Shown piece by piece: positions 21,935 through 34,000 of a stretch of 64,000 nt of DNA. The notes beneath the pieces were generated by a model. The model did no database searches and was not told where the DNA came from. It saw only the letters and a list, made by a program, of their open reading frames with translations. The stretch spans positions 28,830,001 to 28,894,000 of the forward strand of contig NC_083288.1 in the NCBI RefSeq assembly GCF_963506605.1, read 5' to 3'. This DNA comes from Zootoca vivipara (Eukaryota). Every line of letters starts with the position of its first letter. Positions within the stretch are counted from its first letter, which is position 1. The translations under genes were made by a program, and so were the position numbers.

Positions 21935-23222
21935 CAAACGGTCTGTGAGCACCTAGAAAGGAAAGCTGTGATCACTATAAGTCAGCATGGGTTTCTGAAA
22001 AATAGGTCATGTCATACTAATCTGATCTCATTTTTTGACAGAATTACAAGCCTGGTAGATGAAGGGAATGCTGTGGATATAGCCTATCTTGATTTCAGCA
22101 AGGCCTTTGACAAGGTGTCCCGTGATAGTCTTATAAGGAAGCTGGTAAAATGTGGGCTAGACAATGCTACCATTCAGTGGATTTGTAACTGGCTGGCTGA
22201 CTGAACCCAAAGGGTGCTCATCAATGGCTCCTTCTCATCCTGGAGAGAAGTGACTAGTGGGGTGCCACAGAGTGGGGTGTCTTGGGCCCAGTCTTATTCA
22301 ACATCTTTATCAATGACTTGGATGATGGGCTTGAGGGCATCCTGAGCAAGTTTGCAGATTACACAAAATGGGGAGGGGTGGCTAATACCCCAGAGGACAG
22401 GATCACACTTCAAAATGACCTTAACAGATTAGACAACTGGGCCATAGCAAACAAGATGAATTTTAACAGGGAGAAATGTAAAGTACTACACTTGGGCAAA
22501 ATAAATGAAAGGCACAAATACAGGATGGGTGACACCTGGCTTGAGAGCAGTACATGTGAAAAGGATCTAGCAGTCTTGGTAGACCACAAACTTGACATGA
22601 GTCAACAGTGTGATGCAGCAGCTAAAAAAGCCAATGCAATTCTGGGCTGCATCAATAGGAGTATAGCATCTAGATCAAGGGAAGTAATAGTACCACTGTA
22701 TTCCGCTCTGGTCAGACCTCACCTGGAGTACTGTGTCCAGTTCTGGGCACCACAGTTCTAGAAGGATACTGACAAGCTGGAACGTGTTCAGAGGAGGGCA
22801 GCCAAAATGGGCAAAGGCCTGGAAACAATGCCTTATGAGGAATGGCTTAGGGAGCTGGGTATGTTTAGCCTGGAGAAGAGAAGGTTAAGGGGTGATATGA
22901 TAGCCATATTCAAATATATAAAAGGATGTCATATCAAAGAGGGTGAAAGGTTGTTTTCTGCTGCTCCAGAAAAGCGGACACAGAGCAATGGATTCAAGCT
23001 ACAAGAAACATGATTCCACCTAAACATTAGGAAGACACTAAGAGCTGTTCGACAGTGCAATTTGCTGCCAAGGAGTGTGGTGGAGTCTCCTTCTTTGGAG
23101 GTATTTAAGCGAAGGCTTGACAGCCATCTGTCAGGAATGCTTTGATGGTGTTTCCTGCTTGGCAGGGGGTTGGACTGGATGGCCCTTGTGGTCTCTTCCA
23201 ACTCTATGATTCTGTGATTCTA
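21935..23222 (+). mobile_element. CR1 LINE, 5'-truncated, decayed ORF2 reverse transcriptase
   Basis: Peptides SQHGFLKNRSCHTNLISFFD, YLDFSKAFDKV, GPVLFNIFINDLD, KFADYTK and LVRPHLEYCVQFWAP, interrupted by stops at ~22202, 22759 and 23011. 3' end CTATGATTCTGTGATTCTA is the CR1 octamer tail. Confidence 0.93.
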
Positions 23223-23636
23223 GATAGAAGTGGTTAAAGGTTATTATGATAGAAGAAATAATATTTGAATGTATTTTTTAAAAAATTGGGGTAGAAACTT
23301 TGAGGCTAAGGGAAGAAACAGAGATGGGTGGAAAAATAAATTTAGATTGGGATTATTTAATGAATTAATAGTTTGAGGATAGTTGATGTTCTGTTTTAGA
23401 TTAGAATAGGTTGTGAGATAATGGAAAAAAATGTGAAAAAATGATTTAAGATGATAAAGGAAAATTGCCTAATTTAGATTTAAAATTGGACCTAGTGTGG
23501 GGGGAATCGAGGAAGTCCACAATATTAATTCAATGTAAGAATTAATATGTCTCCCCCCATTTTTTTCTTTTTATGTTTTATTTTTTTTGTTTCGGTTTTT
23601 GTTTTTGCCAACTTTTGTATTTTGAATTGTTTGAAA

Positions 23637-23667
<31 letters not shown>

Positions 23668-23708
23668 ATAATAATATATTCATATTACATCTGGAACTCA
23701 GCTCCTGG

Positions 23709-24601
23709 GTGAGGAGTTAAAGGCTGTATATCATCTGGAAGAAGGATTGATGGGGACAGAGCGATAAGGGAAGTGAGTCTTTTTTTATTTTTATTTTCAT
23801 ATGAGTTACTTCGTACCTTCCCAGACGTGATGTCCTGGCTTGTTTGGAGTGAAAGAGAAGCAAAAGACTGTGTGAGTTGAACTTTATAAACTTGTTATTG
23901 AGCATATTTTTTGAAGATGAGGAGTTGCTGACGAGAAAAGCCCCCCTCTAGCTGGACGGAAGGAGTGCCTGGACGCATTCGGAGGATTTATGAGTTGTGA
24001 CGCACTTTGAATTGGAGCAGCGACCTGAAGCTAAGTTCAGCTATAGGGCAAGGAGATCCATTAATTTACCAAGAGTCAATGCATGGTGTGAGATCTGGCT
24101 CTTCTGCCCGGAAAAGCTGTAAATTTTATAAAGATCGTTTAATCTACATGGTTATGAGAGAAAACGAAAGTGATTTGAGTTTTTTTAAGATGGCGCTGCT
24201 TCGTGTTGAGAGTCGACGCAATGACCAAGAAGATTTATGGGGTGGCTGGACTGATTAACTCACACAGGAGAAAGAACATTTGTGAAACTTTGTTTGACAT
24301 TTATCTCAGCAGCTGGGAAATAATCGGTTGAAAGAGGAAAACATCTATGTGACTGTAAAGGGAAAGATCTGGATTATTATGGATTTGGAGAGACGATTTG
24401 AACTTTAGAAAAAAGACGACAGTGGACGGTTGCGAGGAATCCCCAATTTCTTGAAGTATGGGAACCCTAAAAAATTCTTTTTAGATGATTTGGCATAATA
24501 TTCGGTTTGATTGATATATATGTGTATAATTTGAAATAATGAATGTGATATAATTGGTTTTAATTGGAAAAATTAATAAAAATATATTTTAAAAAAAAAA
24601 A
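23709..24601 (+). mobile_element. Poly(A)-tailed retro-insert (L1-type non-autonomous element or processed RNA)
   Basis: 17-bp TSD TGGAACTCAGCTCCTGG (23692-23708 / 24602-24618). AATAAA followed by an A-tract at the 3' end. No long ORF. Confidence 0.7.
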
Positions 24602-24739
24602 TGGAACTCAGCTCCTGGATGCTGTTCTGGTCCAATCAGCATTTCTTCCCACAGAGGGGCTTAATCATGTAGCTGTACCCTGAAGACTACGCAGGATACA
24701 ATCAATAGTTTAGAGAAATGGCCAAATCTTTCCCTATAT

Positions 24740-24756
24740 AAATTACTCCCAAGGGA
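24740..24756 (+). promoter_or_regulatory. Adjacent homeodomain-like (AAATTA) and O/E(EBF) site TCCCAAGGGA upstream of OR-3
   Basis: Perfect TCCCNNGGGA about 65 bp before a candidate 5'UTR donor GTGAGT (24822) and about 420 bp before the ATG. Confidence 0.45.
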
Positions 24757-25169
24757 AGATCAGAAACTGGCCCTCTAATGTTCTATTTGCAAATAGATTT
24801 GATGTTGCTTCTGTCAATTATGTGAGTGATTGTAAAGAAAAAGACTGCTTTTGGAATTCATTTGTTTGCTTGCTCATTGTGGAGCAGTTGCCCTTGGTGA
24901 TATATTTCTGTGTGACTTTGTTTCATTTGTTGAGGAACTCAGTTCCGACAAGTTCCAGCTGAAAAAATGCCCCAGTCAGAGTATTTGGGTGGGAAAGTCC
25001 CAACAGATAAGAGGTTGATGGGAATGTTGTAGGGGCAGGTTTATGTTGGGGATATAATATAATATAATATAATATAATATAATATAATATAATATAATAT
25101 TGTATCATTTCCTGGTGGATAATGAATCTGTTAATTCAGCTCTTTGTTTCAGCAGTTAAAAGAAGATTG

Positions 25170-26123
25170 ATGGGAAAGAACAATGAAGGATCACAAAATG
25201 GGACAAAAGTGATGGAATTCATCCTTCTTGGCTTCCCAGGATCTCAGTATTTGCAGGTGTCCATCTTCATGCTCTTTCTTATCATGTATGTGATGTCACT
25301 GCTGGGAAATGTGGCCATCATCATTCTGGTAATAGCAAATTGTCGTCTCCATACACCCATGTACTTCTTCCTATGTAATCTCTCGTTCCTAGAAATATGG
25401 TACACTACAGCTTCTATCCCTAAGACTCTGGCCATCTTTCTGGGGAGGAGCAGAAGCATCTCTTTCACTGGCTGCATCCTTCAGATTTATTTTGTGTTTG
25501 CCTTTGGATGCACAGAATACTTCCTGCTTTCTGTCATGGCTTATGACCGATATTTGGCCATATGTGATCCCCTGCACTATAGCACCATCATGGACAAGCA
25601 GCTCTGCAGGAAGCTGGCAGCTGGCTCCTGGCTATGTGGTTTCCTCATTATTTTTATACCGGCTTTTCTAATCTCAAGATTGTCTTTCTGTGGGCCCAGT
25701 GTGATCAATCACTTCTACTGCAACATTGATTCCTGGATAGTTCTTTCCTGTAGCAATACTTATGACATTGAGATGGCAGCTTTTGTAATATCCATCATTG
25801 TCATATTGGGCTCCTGTGTGGTCACCTTTCTTTCCTACATATGCATTATCACCACTATTCTGCGCATCCCTTCTGTGCAAGGTCAACAAAAAGCCTTCTC
25901 CACATGCTCCTCCCATCTTGCAGTAGTGCTCATTTGGTATGGCTCCACCATATTTCTTTTTGTGAAACCTTCTAAACGGACATCCCTAGAAATGACCAAA
26001 ATTATCAACATATTGAACACAATTGTAACTCCATTGCTGAATCCGTTCATCTACACACTACGAAATAAAGATGTGAAGGATGCAATCAGAAGTTCATTAG
26101 GATTCTGGTCCCAACTGCCTTAA
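25170..26123 (+). CDS. Olfactory receptor OR-3 (OR6F1-like paralog of OR-1), intact
   Basis: All OR motifs present. The likely ATG at 25170 follows the acceptor TTTCAGCAG (the ORF extends upstream to 25122). NGT glycosylation site. Very similar to OR-1. Confidence 0.95.
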   Translation: MGKNNEGSQNGTKVMEFILLGFPGSQYLQVSIFMLFLIMYVMSLLGNVAIIILVIANCRLHTPMYFFLCNLSFLEIWYTTASIPKTLAIFLGRSRSISFTGCILQIYFVFAFGCTEYFLLSVMAYDRYLAICDPLHYSTIMDKQLCRKLAAGSWLCGFLIIFIPAFLISRLSFCGPSVINHFYCNIDSWIVLSCSNTYDIEMAAFVISIIVILGSCVVTFLSYICIITTILRIPSVQGQQKAFSTCSSHLAVVLIWYGSTIFLFVKPSKRTSLEMTKIINILNTIVTPLLNPFIYTLRNKDVKDAIRSSLGFWSQLP

Positions 26124-27145
26124 TGGAGGCATCCTCCATAACAGCAGGGGATAGTCAGAAAATGAAAAACAAGGATGACAGAGGGTAAACTACCCTTGCA
26201 AATACCATCCAGGGATGGGGGCGGGCGGGGAATGGGCTTCACTTGCAGTTCATCTTGGTACCTGGCTGTCGCTCCAGCATGGGATGGGGGGGGGGGGTAG
26301 GGAGGCGCTGAGTGCAAAAGCATTTTGCTTGGCTAAAACCCTCCTACTCCGCCATTAAGAAGCAGAGGTTTTGTGTGCATGACATTCTCTGTCTCTGTTT
26401 TGAACTCTGTTTGGGGTGCCTCAGGCTCTGTTTTGGGCTCTGGCATGAGTGGTTCTGGGTCTGTTTTGGATTCTAGCATTGGCAGGCTTGGTGGAGGCTT
26501 GATGTGGGCCTCAGAGTACAGGCACGGGTGGCTTGGCAGCAGTGGATAGCTAGGACGAGTGTAGGCAATTCCCCCCCCCCATCTCAACCCTAAATATGAG
26601 AGCTGTGGTACCCACGTGGTATCGGCCTTTGTAACAAAGGCCATGAAAGCCAGGGAAAGATTTCTGGATGACAAAGACAAACCCCTTCATCGTCTGTTTA
26701 ACTCGTTGCTGTTTTTTCTTCTTCCTGTTTTGTGGGATTAAAGTTTTGTTGGGATAGTATGTAATGAATTTTAATATATATATTTTTATTGTCATGTAGA
26801 TATTTGTGTAAAGGCATGGTCCTCACAATGAACGGATATGATGAGATGAGACAGCTATGGATAAATATTTTAACACTGCCCTTCCTGTTTACTATGATTA
26901 GGCTTCAGTGTGTTTAGTTACGGGACATAAGAACAAGAAGGTTGGCTCAAACTACACCGATCCTGGCCTGACTGCACTGACAGTCAGTTAGTTTCTGGGC
27001 CCAATTCAAAGTGCTGTTTTTGCCCTATGACGCCTGAAGCAGCTCAGGACTACCATACCTCGAGGACTGCCTCTCTCCATTTGAACTTACCTGGACCCTG
27101 AGATCATAATCTGAGGCCCATTTTCACGTGCCTCCTCCCCCTTGA

Positions 27146-27207
27146 CAGGGGGTTGGACTGGATGGCCCTTGTGGTCTCTTCCAACTCTATGATTCTACGA
27201 TTCTATG
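27146..27207 (+). mobile_element. Short CR1 3' tail inserted in an L2-like remnant (~26970-27235)
   Basis: CAGGGGGTTGGACTGGATGGCCCTTGTGGTCTCTTCCAACTCTATGATTCT is identical to the end of the CR1 at ~23163-23213. Confidence 0.75.
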
Positions 27208-28061
27208 AAAGAGTGGCAACACAAAAACAGGCCATTGGGTTGTTTAATGGGACCAACATTAAAGTAGATTGATAAGGTGAGGTCTAATAAATAAATTAGA
27301 AAGAATGTTGGGTGAGATACTCTCCACTGGGAGAGTAGTTTGTTAGCAGAGAATCACAATGAAGAAAGCTCTTTCCATAGCAGCTACCCACCTTACAAGA
27401 TAGAGAGTGTATTTTGGGCAAAAGGCCTTGCACATAGCACGTTGATGGGACAGGTTTACATAGATTATACAGAGTTGGAGGGGACCTAAGAGGGAAAAAA
27501 TCTACTATACATCAACCAGTGGGCACTCTGGTTGATTACTATATACACATCCTATGCCCAAACCTGCAAAAAAAAATCATCAATCAAGTTGTGGCCTTAT
27601 TTGACCCCAGCACAGTCTTGGGGCATATTTTATGTATTCACTGTGTGTTCACCACACGCCCTCATAGCTTCACTGTGCCTGGGCCCACAATTTAAATGCA
27701 GATAGATTGATACCCCCTTTTTAATATTTCAACAGGGAGGGATCTCACAGCTAGTTTCTCATTCTTATTATTTGTTTTGGCAGGGGTATCTGAATGCCAT
27801 TTGCTATTCAGGGAAGCAAAATTGTAATATGATACACTGGTTTGATGTTATTAATCTATTCTGCAACTCTGTCATTACTTTCCCCGTTACTAGCTTTTTG
27901 CATCCACATGTTTTTGTATAACAATAAAAAAAATTAGTATTGTGAATCAGGTTAATATAAAGCTGATGAAGATGAGAGAAATTTTATAAATCTGCTCTCC
28001 CACAAATACAAAACACACACTTAAAATGTATAGCAAAGAACTTAAAACCAGTGCTTTATTA

Positions 28062-31000
28062 TTATTTTCTTCTTATTAGTATTTCCCTGTTGTTCAAGTC
28101 AGGTCTTAACACAATAATATAACAAATAGGGAAAAAAATGCAACCTAACAATCCAGTGCTAGAGGCTAAGATACAAAAGATCTCCACAGCTACCATATAT
28201 TTCCCTTTAGTGCTCAAGTAACTTGGAACAAAAGACAACCAAACACTACAAAACACCAACATGCTGAAAGTTATAAACTTGGCTTCATTGAAACTGTCAG
28301 GTAACTTCCTGGCAAGAAAAGCCACTGTGAAACTCACAGCTGCCAGGAAGCCCATGTAGCCAACAGCAGAGTAAAACATAGTCACAGAGCCCTCGTTACA
28401 TTCTAGTATAATTTCTTTAGTCAGGGAATGCATGTCAACATCTGGGAATGGGGGAGATGTTGCCAGCCACACAGCACATATGCCTGCTTGAATAAGGGAG
28501 CAGGAAAGAACAACTGAGTTGGTCAGTCTTTTCCCCACATACTTCCTCATCCTGGAACCTGGTTTGGTGGCCATGAAAGCTAGAACCACAGTAATGGTCT
28601 TTGCCAGCACACAAGAAACAGCCACTGAGAAGATTATGCCAAAAGCAGTTTGTCGGAGGAGACACGTCACCATCTGAGGTTGGCCAATGAACAATAAAGC
28701 ACAAAGGAAACAGAGCAGCAGCGAGATGAGAAGAGTGTAGGTGAGGTTTTGGTTGTTGGCTTTGATGATGGGAGTGTTGTGGTTCTTCAGAATTATTCCC
28801 AGCACCAGTGCTGTGATCAAAGCAAAGGTAAGAGCAAGGAAGGCTAAACTGATGCCCAAAGGCTCTCCATAAGACAAGAAGCTTATATCCTTGGGAATGC
28901 ATGTATCTTTCCTCTTGTTAGGATAGTTTTTATCTAAGCATTTATTACAGTCATTCATATCTGGAAAAAGAAAGATGTCCTCTGAACTCCCATAGTTACC
29001 ATCTATATCAACAGCATGATGTAACTGCTACCCTTACACAGAGCTGTTCAAATAAGATGATAGAGGAAGCCTTGATATGATAAAAAGTGTGCATGGGTGA
29101 AGGTCTATCAGGCATGGCCAAACTTGGCCTTCCAGCTCTTTCGGGACTACAACTCCAATTATCCCTAGCTAACAGGACCAGTGGTCAGGGATGGTGGGAA
29201 CTGTAGTCCCAAAATAGCGCCATGCCTGGTCTACATGGATCTAAGGAAGCATCATAGTACGGGACAATGCAGGGATAAAAATGATGTGGTAAACTATTTG
29301 GGATCATGTATGCTAAATCTGGTAGTGATGACATTCAATAACAAATCTGCAACAGTGTTTCAATAGACTTTCAATGGTGTTCCTACCATAAAAAATGAAT
29401 CATTTGAATTGTGTAATTTGATGTGCATGTTCATATGGATTATAGCAGGCATCCCCAAACTGCGGTCCTCCAGATGTTTTGGCCTACAGCTCCCATGATC
29501 CCCAGCTAACAGGATCAGTTGTCAGGGATGATGGGAATTTTAGTCCAAAACATCTGGAGGGCCGAAGTTTGGGGGTGCCTGGATTGCAGACTTTCTGTTT
29601 CATAACTCAGTAGCATTTATGTTCGATGCAGACTGACTGAAATACAAGCAGGCCTTAAATCAGCCTGCTTGTTATCTGGAATTTCACTTATGTAAATAAA
29701 AGGAATACGAATAATTCTCAAAGCTTGCAATATACTCCTCAGATTCAGATATCTGAACAGCCAGTTTCCTCCTTCCTTCCTTCCTTCCTTCCTTCCTTCC
29801 TTCCTTCCTTCCTTCCTTCCTTCCTTCCTTCCTTCCTTATTGTGCTTTGCTAGTCGGTGGCCACCATTTTGAGGCATAAACCGTGCAGAGAGGGAAGGGG
29901 AGCTAGATTGGACTAATCAGAGAGCAGGAGAGATCAGACAAATAAGTTTTTCCTTTCTCTCTTTTGCTGGTTGGCTGCAGCCATCATAGGAACAAATCAT
30001 GGCAGAAAGAGGAAACAGATCACTGATTCCCATAAGAAATGCTTGCCAAATGTATGATTTCCAGGGAACACTAGTGGATGGTAAGTAGGACCTGCATTTA
30101 CACTAACGTTTCTTACATTTATTTCAATGGAAACTAAGTGCAAATAACTGAGAGTGGATTGAGAGTTATATGTTTATCTCTTACCCTCCTTGTTTGACAT
30201 CTTCCCCTCTGGACATGGGATGCAATCATAGCAGCAAAATGCCTCCCCTTCCTTCACTTTTTTGCTGGAACCAGGATGGCAACTCTCAGTACACACAGAA
30301 AGAGGCTGAACCTAATCCATAAATGAAAGAGCAGAATGATAATGAAGAGAACAATGATAGGTGAATCCTTCAGGTTCTGGGTCCACTAATTTGGGGAGAG
30401 ATAGACAATACCTAGCATGATATACTATATATTGATAAAGCAGTTTTAGGGATACACCCATTTCCAGTTCCAGCAGCCACTACCATAGGAGGATGATCAT
30501 GTTTAGGAATGTTTGATGAATTCAGTCTTTTTGAATCCCAGTACAATATGTCCTGATCAGCATCTAGTGGACTAATACATATGTTTTGAGATTCCTTAAA
30601 GATTGCAGTACAGATTAAAATAGGGATTTAAATATGCATTCTGCATATTTATCTTAATTCATATTGAAATGTTATTATTTTAAAAATCAGATTTATGGGG
30701 AAATGGAGCCGAACCCACCTGTGGCTTAAAATATGCACATGTGACAAAAACTGGCAAGAGAAATTAGTTCCATGGATAGTATACAAATGTAGTTAATACA
30801 GTGGAACCTCAGTTTATGAACACCTCGGTTTATGAATTTTCGGTTTATGAACACCGCGGACCCATCTGGAACGGATTAATTCACTTTCCATTACTTTTAA
30901 TGGGAAAGTTCGCTTCAGTTTATGAACGCTTCAGTTTATGAACAGACTTCCGGAACCAATTACACCCATGTTTCAGTTTATGAACGCTTCAGTTTAAGTA

Positions 31001-34000
31001 CTTCACGGACCCGTCTGGAACGGATTAATCCACTTTCCATTACTTTCAATGGAAAAGTTCGCTTCAGTTTATGAACGGTTACTCCGCGGACCGTCTGGAA
31101 CGGATTAATCCACGTTCCATTACTTTCAATGGGAAAGTTCGCTTCACTTTATGAACGCTTCAGTTTATGAACAGACTTCCAGAACCAATTGTGTTCATAA
31201 ACCGAGGTACCACTGTAATGGAAAAATAAGCAGTACAATTAAAACCAGAAATAGTGGGGAGGGCTGTCAAATATCAGTAATTCTGGCAATGCTTTCACTG
31301 TTGCTTATTGGATGAGACAGTGGGAGATGGTGGAAAAGTTGCCCCAAGCAACACACCCTTTGCCAGCGCATTTACAGTGCACTGACCTTTCTGCTGTATT
31401 ACCCCTCCTCCTATCCCACCCAGTAATGCTGTAATATTCCTGTTGGGAGGCCAGCTGTGCTGTGCCACCTTTTCCTGCCAACCACTCCTGTAGGAATGAT
31501 ACAGTATATTCCACATCTCCTGCTCAAGCCCCTCCACCTCTTCTCTTTCTTTCTTTCTCCTCTTCTTTTGCTCCTCTAAAAACAACCTGATCATGTCTGC
31601 TCTCAGCTGGCCGTTTTATTCTTCACCCCTTTATTGCACATCAATCTGGATAGAATTCATAAATGGTAATCTTCTTTCAATCAAAAATATTTTTGTGGGT
31701 GGTGCATGATTACCACAATGAAATCAGTTTTAGGCATAAGGAGAGATCAACAGTGCTCATTCAATCCCAGAAAACCTTTGAAATAGCTGACGGACTGTAC
31801 CTGGTTAAATAAGCTGGGCCACATGATGACACCCTCATCAATGGTAAATGGTTGATCTGGAGAACCCTGTGGATCCATCCTTCCAACTCTCACTCTCTGA
31901 AAGGATTGATTGGATAATATTACATAGTTGATAATATCCAAGCCAAATAGTACCTCCCCATTTTGGTTGAAGGAAATCTCATCCTCTGCGGTGTTGTTAA
32001 ATGAGATACTTCTCAGAAATTGGTGGAGCTAGGTTGGAAAAAGAAAATCAGTAGTTTTAGAAAAAAGGTAAGAGATGGTGAAACTTGTTTTCAGGAAAGG
32101 GTTTTGATACATAGGAAAACTCTTAAGCCTCGTCAGATGGTGAGTGCAGATTCCAGTGCCAATGGAGCATGGTAGTTATGTCAGATGGGAGTAGAGTCAT
32201 AGCCCAAAGTGGACAGAATCAACTGATTTTTTCACACGACATCTTTTCCTGTTCTCCCCACCACCACCACAACCACGACTTCCTTCTCGGGAGTGATGTG
32301 GGAACACTTTCTTTGAGAAAGGATCTGGTGGATGGGGGATGCTAAGAGAATGGGGCAGATGCCTCTAGCCATTATCGTCTCCTGGTTGTTATTAGTTTGG
32401 CATCTCAGCTGGTTTTGTGGGAACTTGCATACAAACACTTTGTCATGAAAAACAGGATGCTTTCTGCGTGAACAATCCCATGACCATATTCTTTTTTCTC
32501 TGGAAAGTGCCACCTTTGTAGAGCCAGAATTTGCAGGCATCAGAATATGTCACAAATCAACCAGACTACCATAACTAATTCTCCCCCTCCTCCTTTGTGT
32601 GGAAAGTCATGATTCAGCATTGGTTTTTCTCATCCTCTTTGTAAAATTAAGCTGTAAAGAGCAGGCTAGAAGCATGGAGGAAGACCAGATGTCAGGAGGA
32701 AGCAACACGCAATGTGTTTTGCTCTGCCACTTGAGGATCTTCAACTCCTTACCTTCCAGAACATGTGGTTCTGATTCTTCTGCCTCATTTGGTGCACCAT
32801 TGCTCTCTGTTCATGCTTGACAGAATACATCTCATGTAAAGCATGGGCCACAGCATAAACAGCATTGTAAATACTGTAACTATGGCCTGTCATGCTCTTT
32901 TCAAAAAAATCTGCAGGGAGGCTCTCCAGCTTCTCTTCCCCAGTGCAAGCATCCCCTTCCACCTTACCAGCCATGGAATCTGGGAATTTGCAGCCAAAGG
33001 CCTGTTCCCAGAAGTGCTTGATAAAACCATCTCCATCTGTAATGGATGGTTTTCTGCTCTTAACATATAAATTAAATCCTTCTGGGTCCTTCAAGTGAAT
33101 TGTGAAAGAAATAGAGCCATGGAACATTTCTGAATTCCAATTCCGCTGAAATGCAAATGAAGTGAATTCAACCTGGGCTGTTGTTATCCATACTTTGCCG
33201 TTCATGTTCGGCGTCATCTGCTCACGTTCTGATAGAAAGGGAAGCCATCTAAACAATACCATGGAATAAGATTCTCCATAAACCACCACTACATTAGCTT
33301 CACTGTCCATAATTGTATCATGTATTTTTGCCCCCTGTTGTACCATGTCATAACTTTCACTGGCATAACTATATTTGGGGAATCTTTCTAGAAAGGCAAA
33401 GCAGACACCACTCTTCATAAACATTGGGAGCACTGTTTGCACAAATCTTTCTCCATTGTCATTATCTACCACAATGACCCCAATCCATGTCCATCTGAAA
33501 TGTAGAAGCAAAGAGAGAATTCCTGCAAACTGGTGGCGTTCCTGGGGGTCCATCTGGTAGAAGAAAAGTCCTGAGGTCTTATCATTCACCACTGGAGCAG
33601 GGCCATATGTGAGCTAAAGAGAGATTGGAGAAAGTGTGAAAGCTATTATAAATTATACAACAGATCAAACTAGTTATAGCCATTCACATATGTTACTATG
33701 GGAATATTTAGAAGATCCCTGAAAGGCATTTGAACTTTACAATTGCCAGGCTCTGGCATGGAAAACAGGTGCTGGAATTTGGGATTGGGTGATGATGTAC
33801 ACTTGTATTTATTTATTTCAGGATCTTGGAGAAAGGCTGTATTTTAAATGGGCTTGAGAGAACGGTCTAGGTCATCAGCTTTCAGTGCGCATTTGTTATC
33901 ACATATGCCATGACATTATGCATGGTCTTCAGGAGCTGAGCATCCTTTGTCTTTTGTACCTGGGGTCTGCCAGGGCCTTGCCCTTTTGGGCAAGATGGAA

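Noticed and set aside
26333-26680. Minus-strand ORF with EPKTEPE-like repeats downstream of OR-3
   Set aside because: Arises from a short degenerate CTCTGTTTTGG repeat, probably a retroelement remnant. No domain or splice support.
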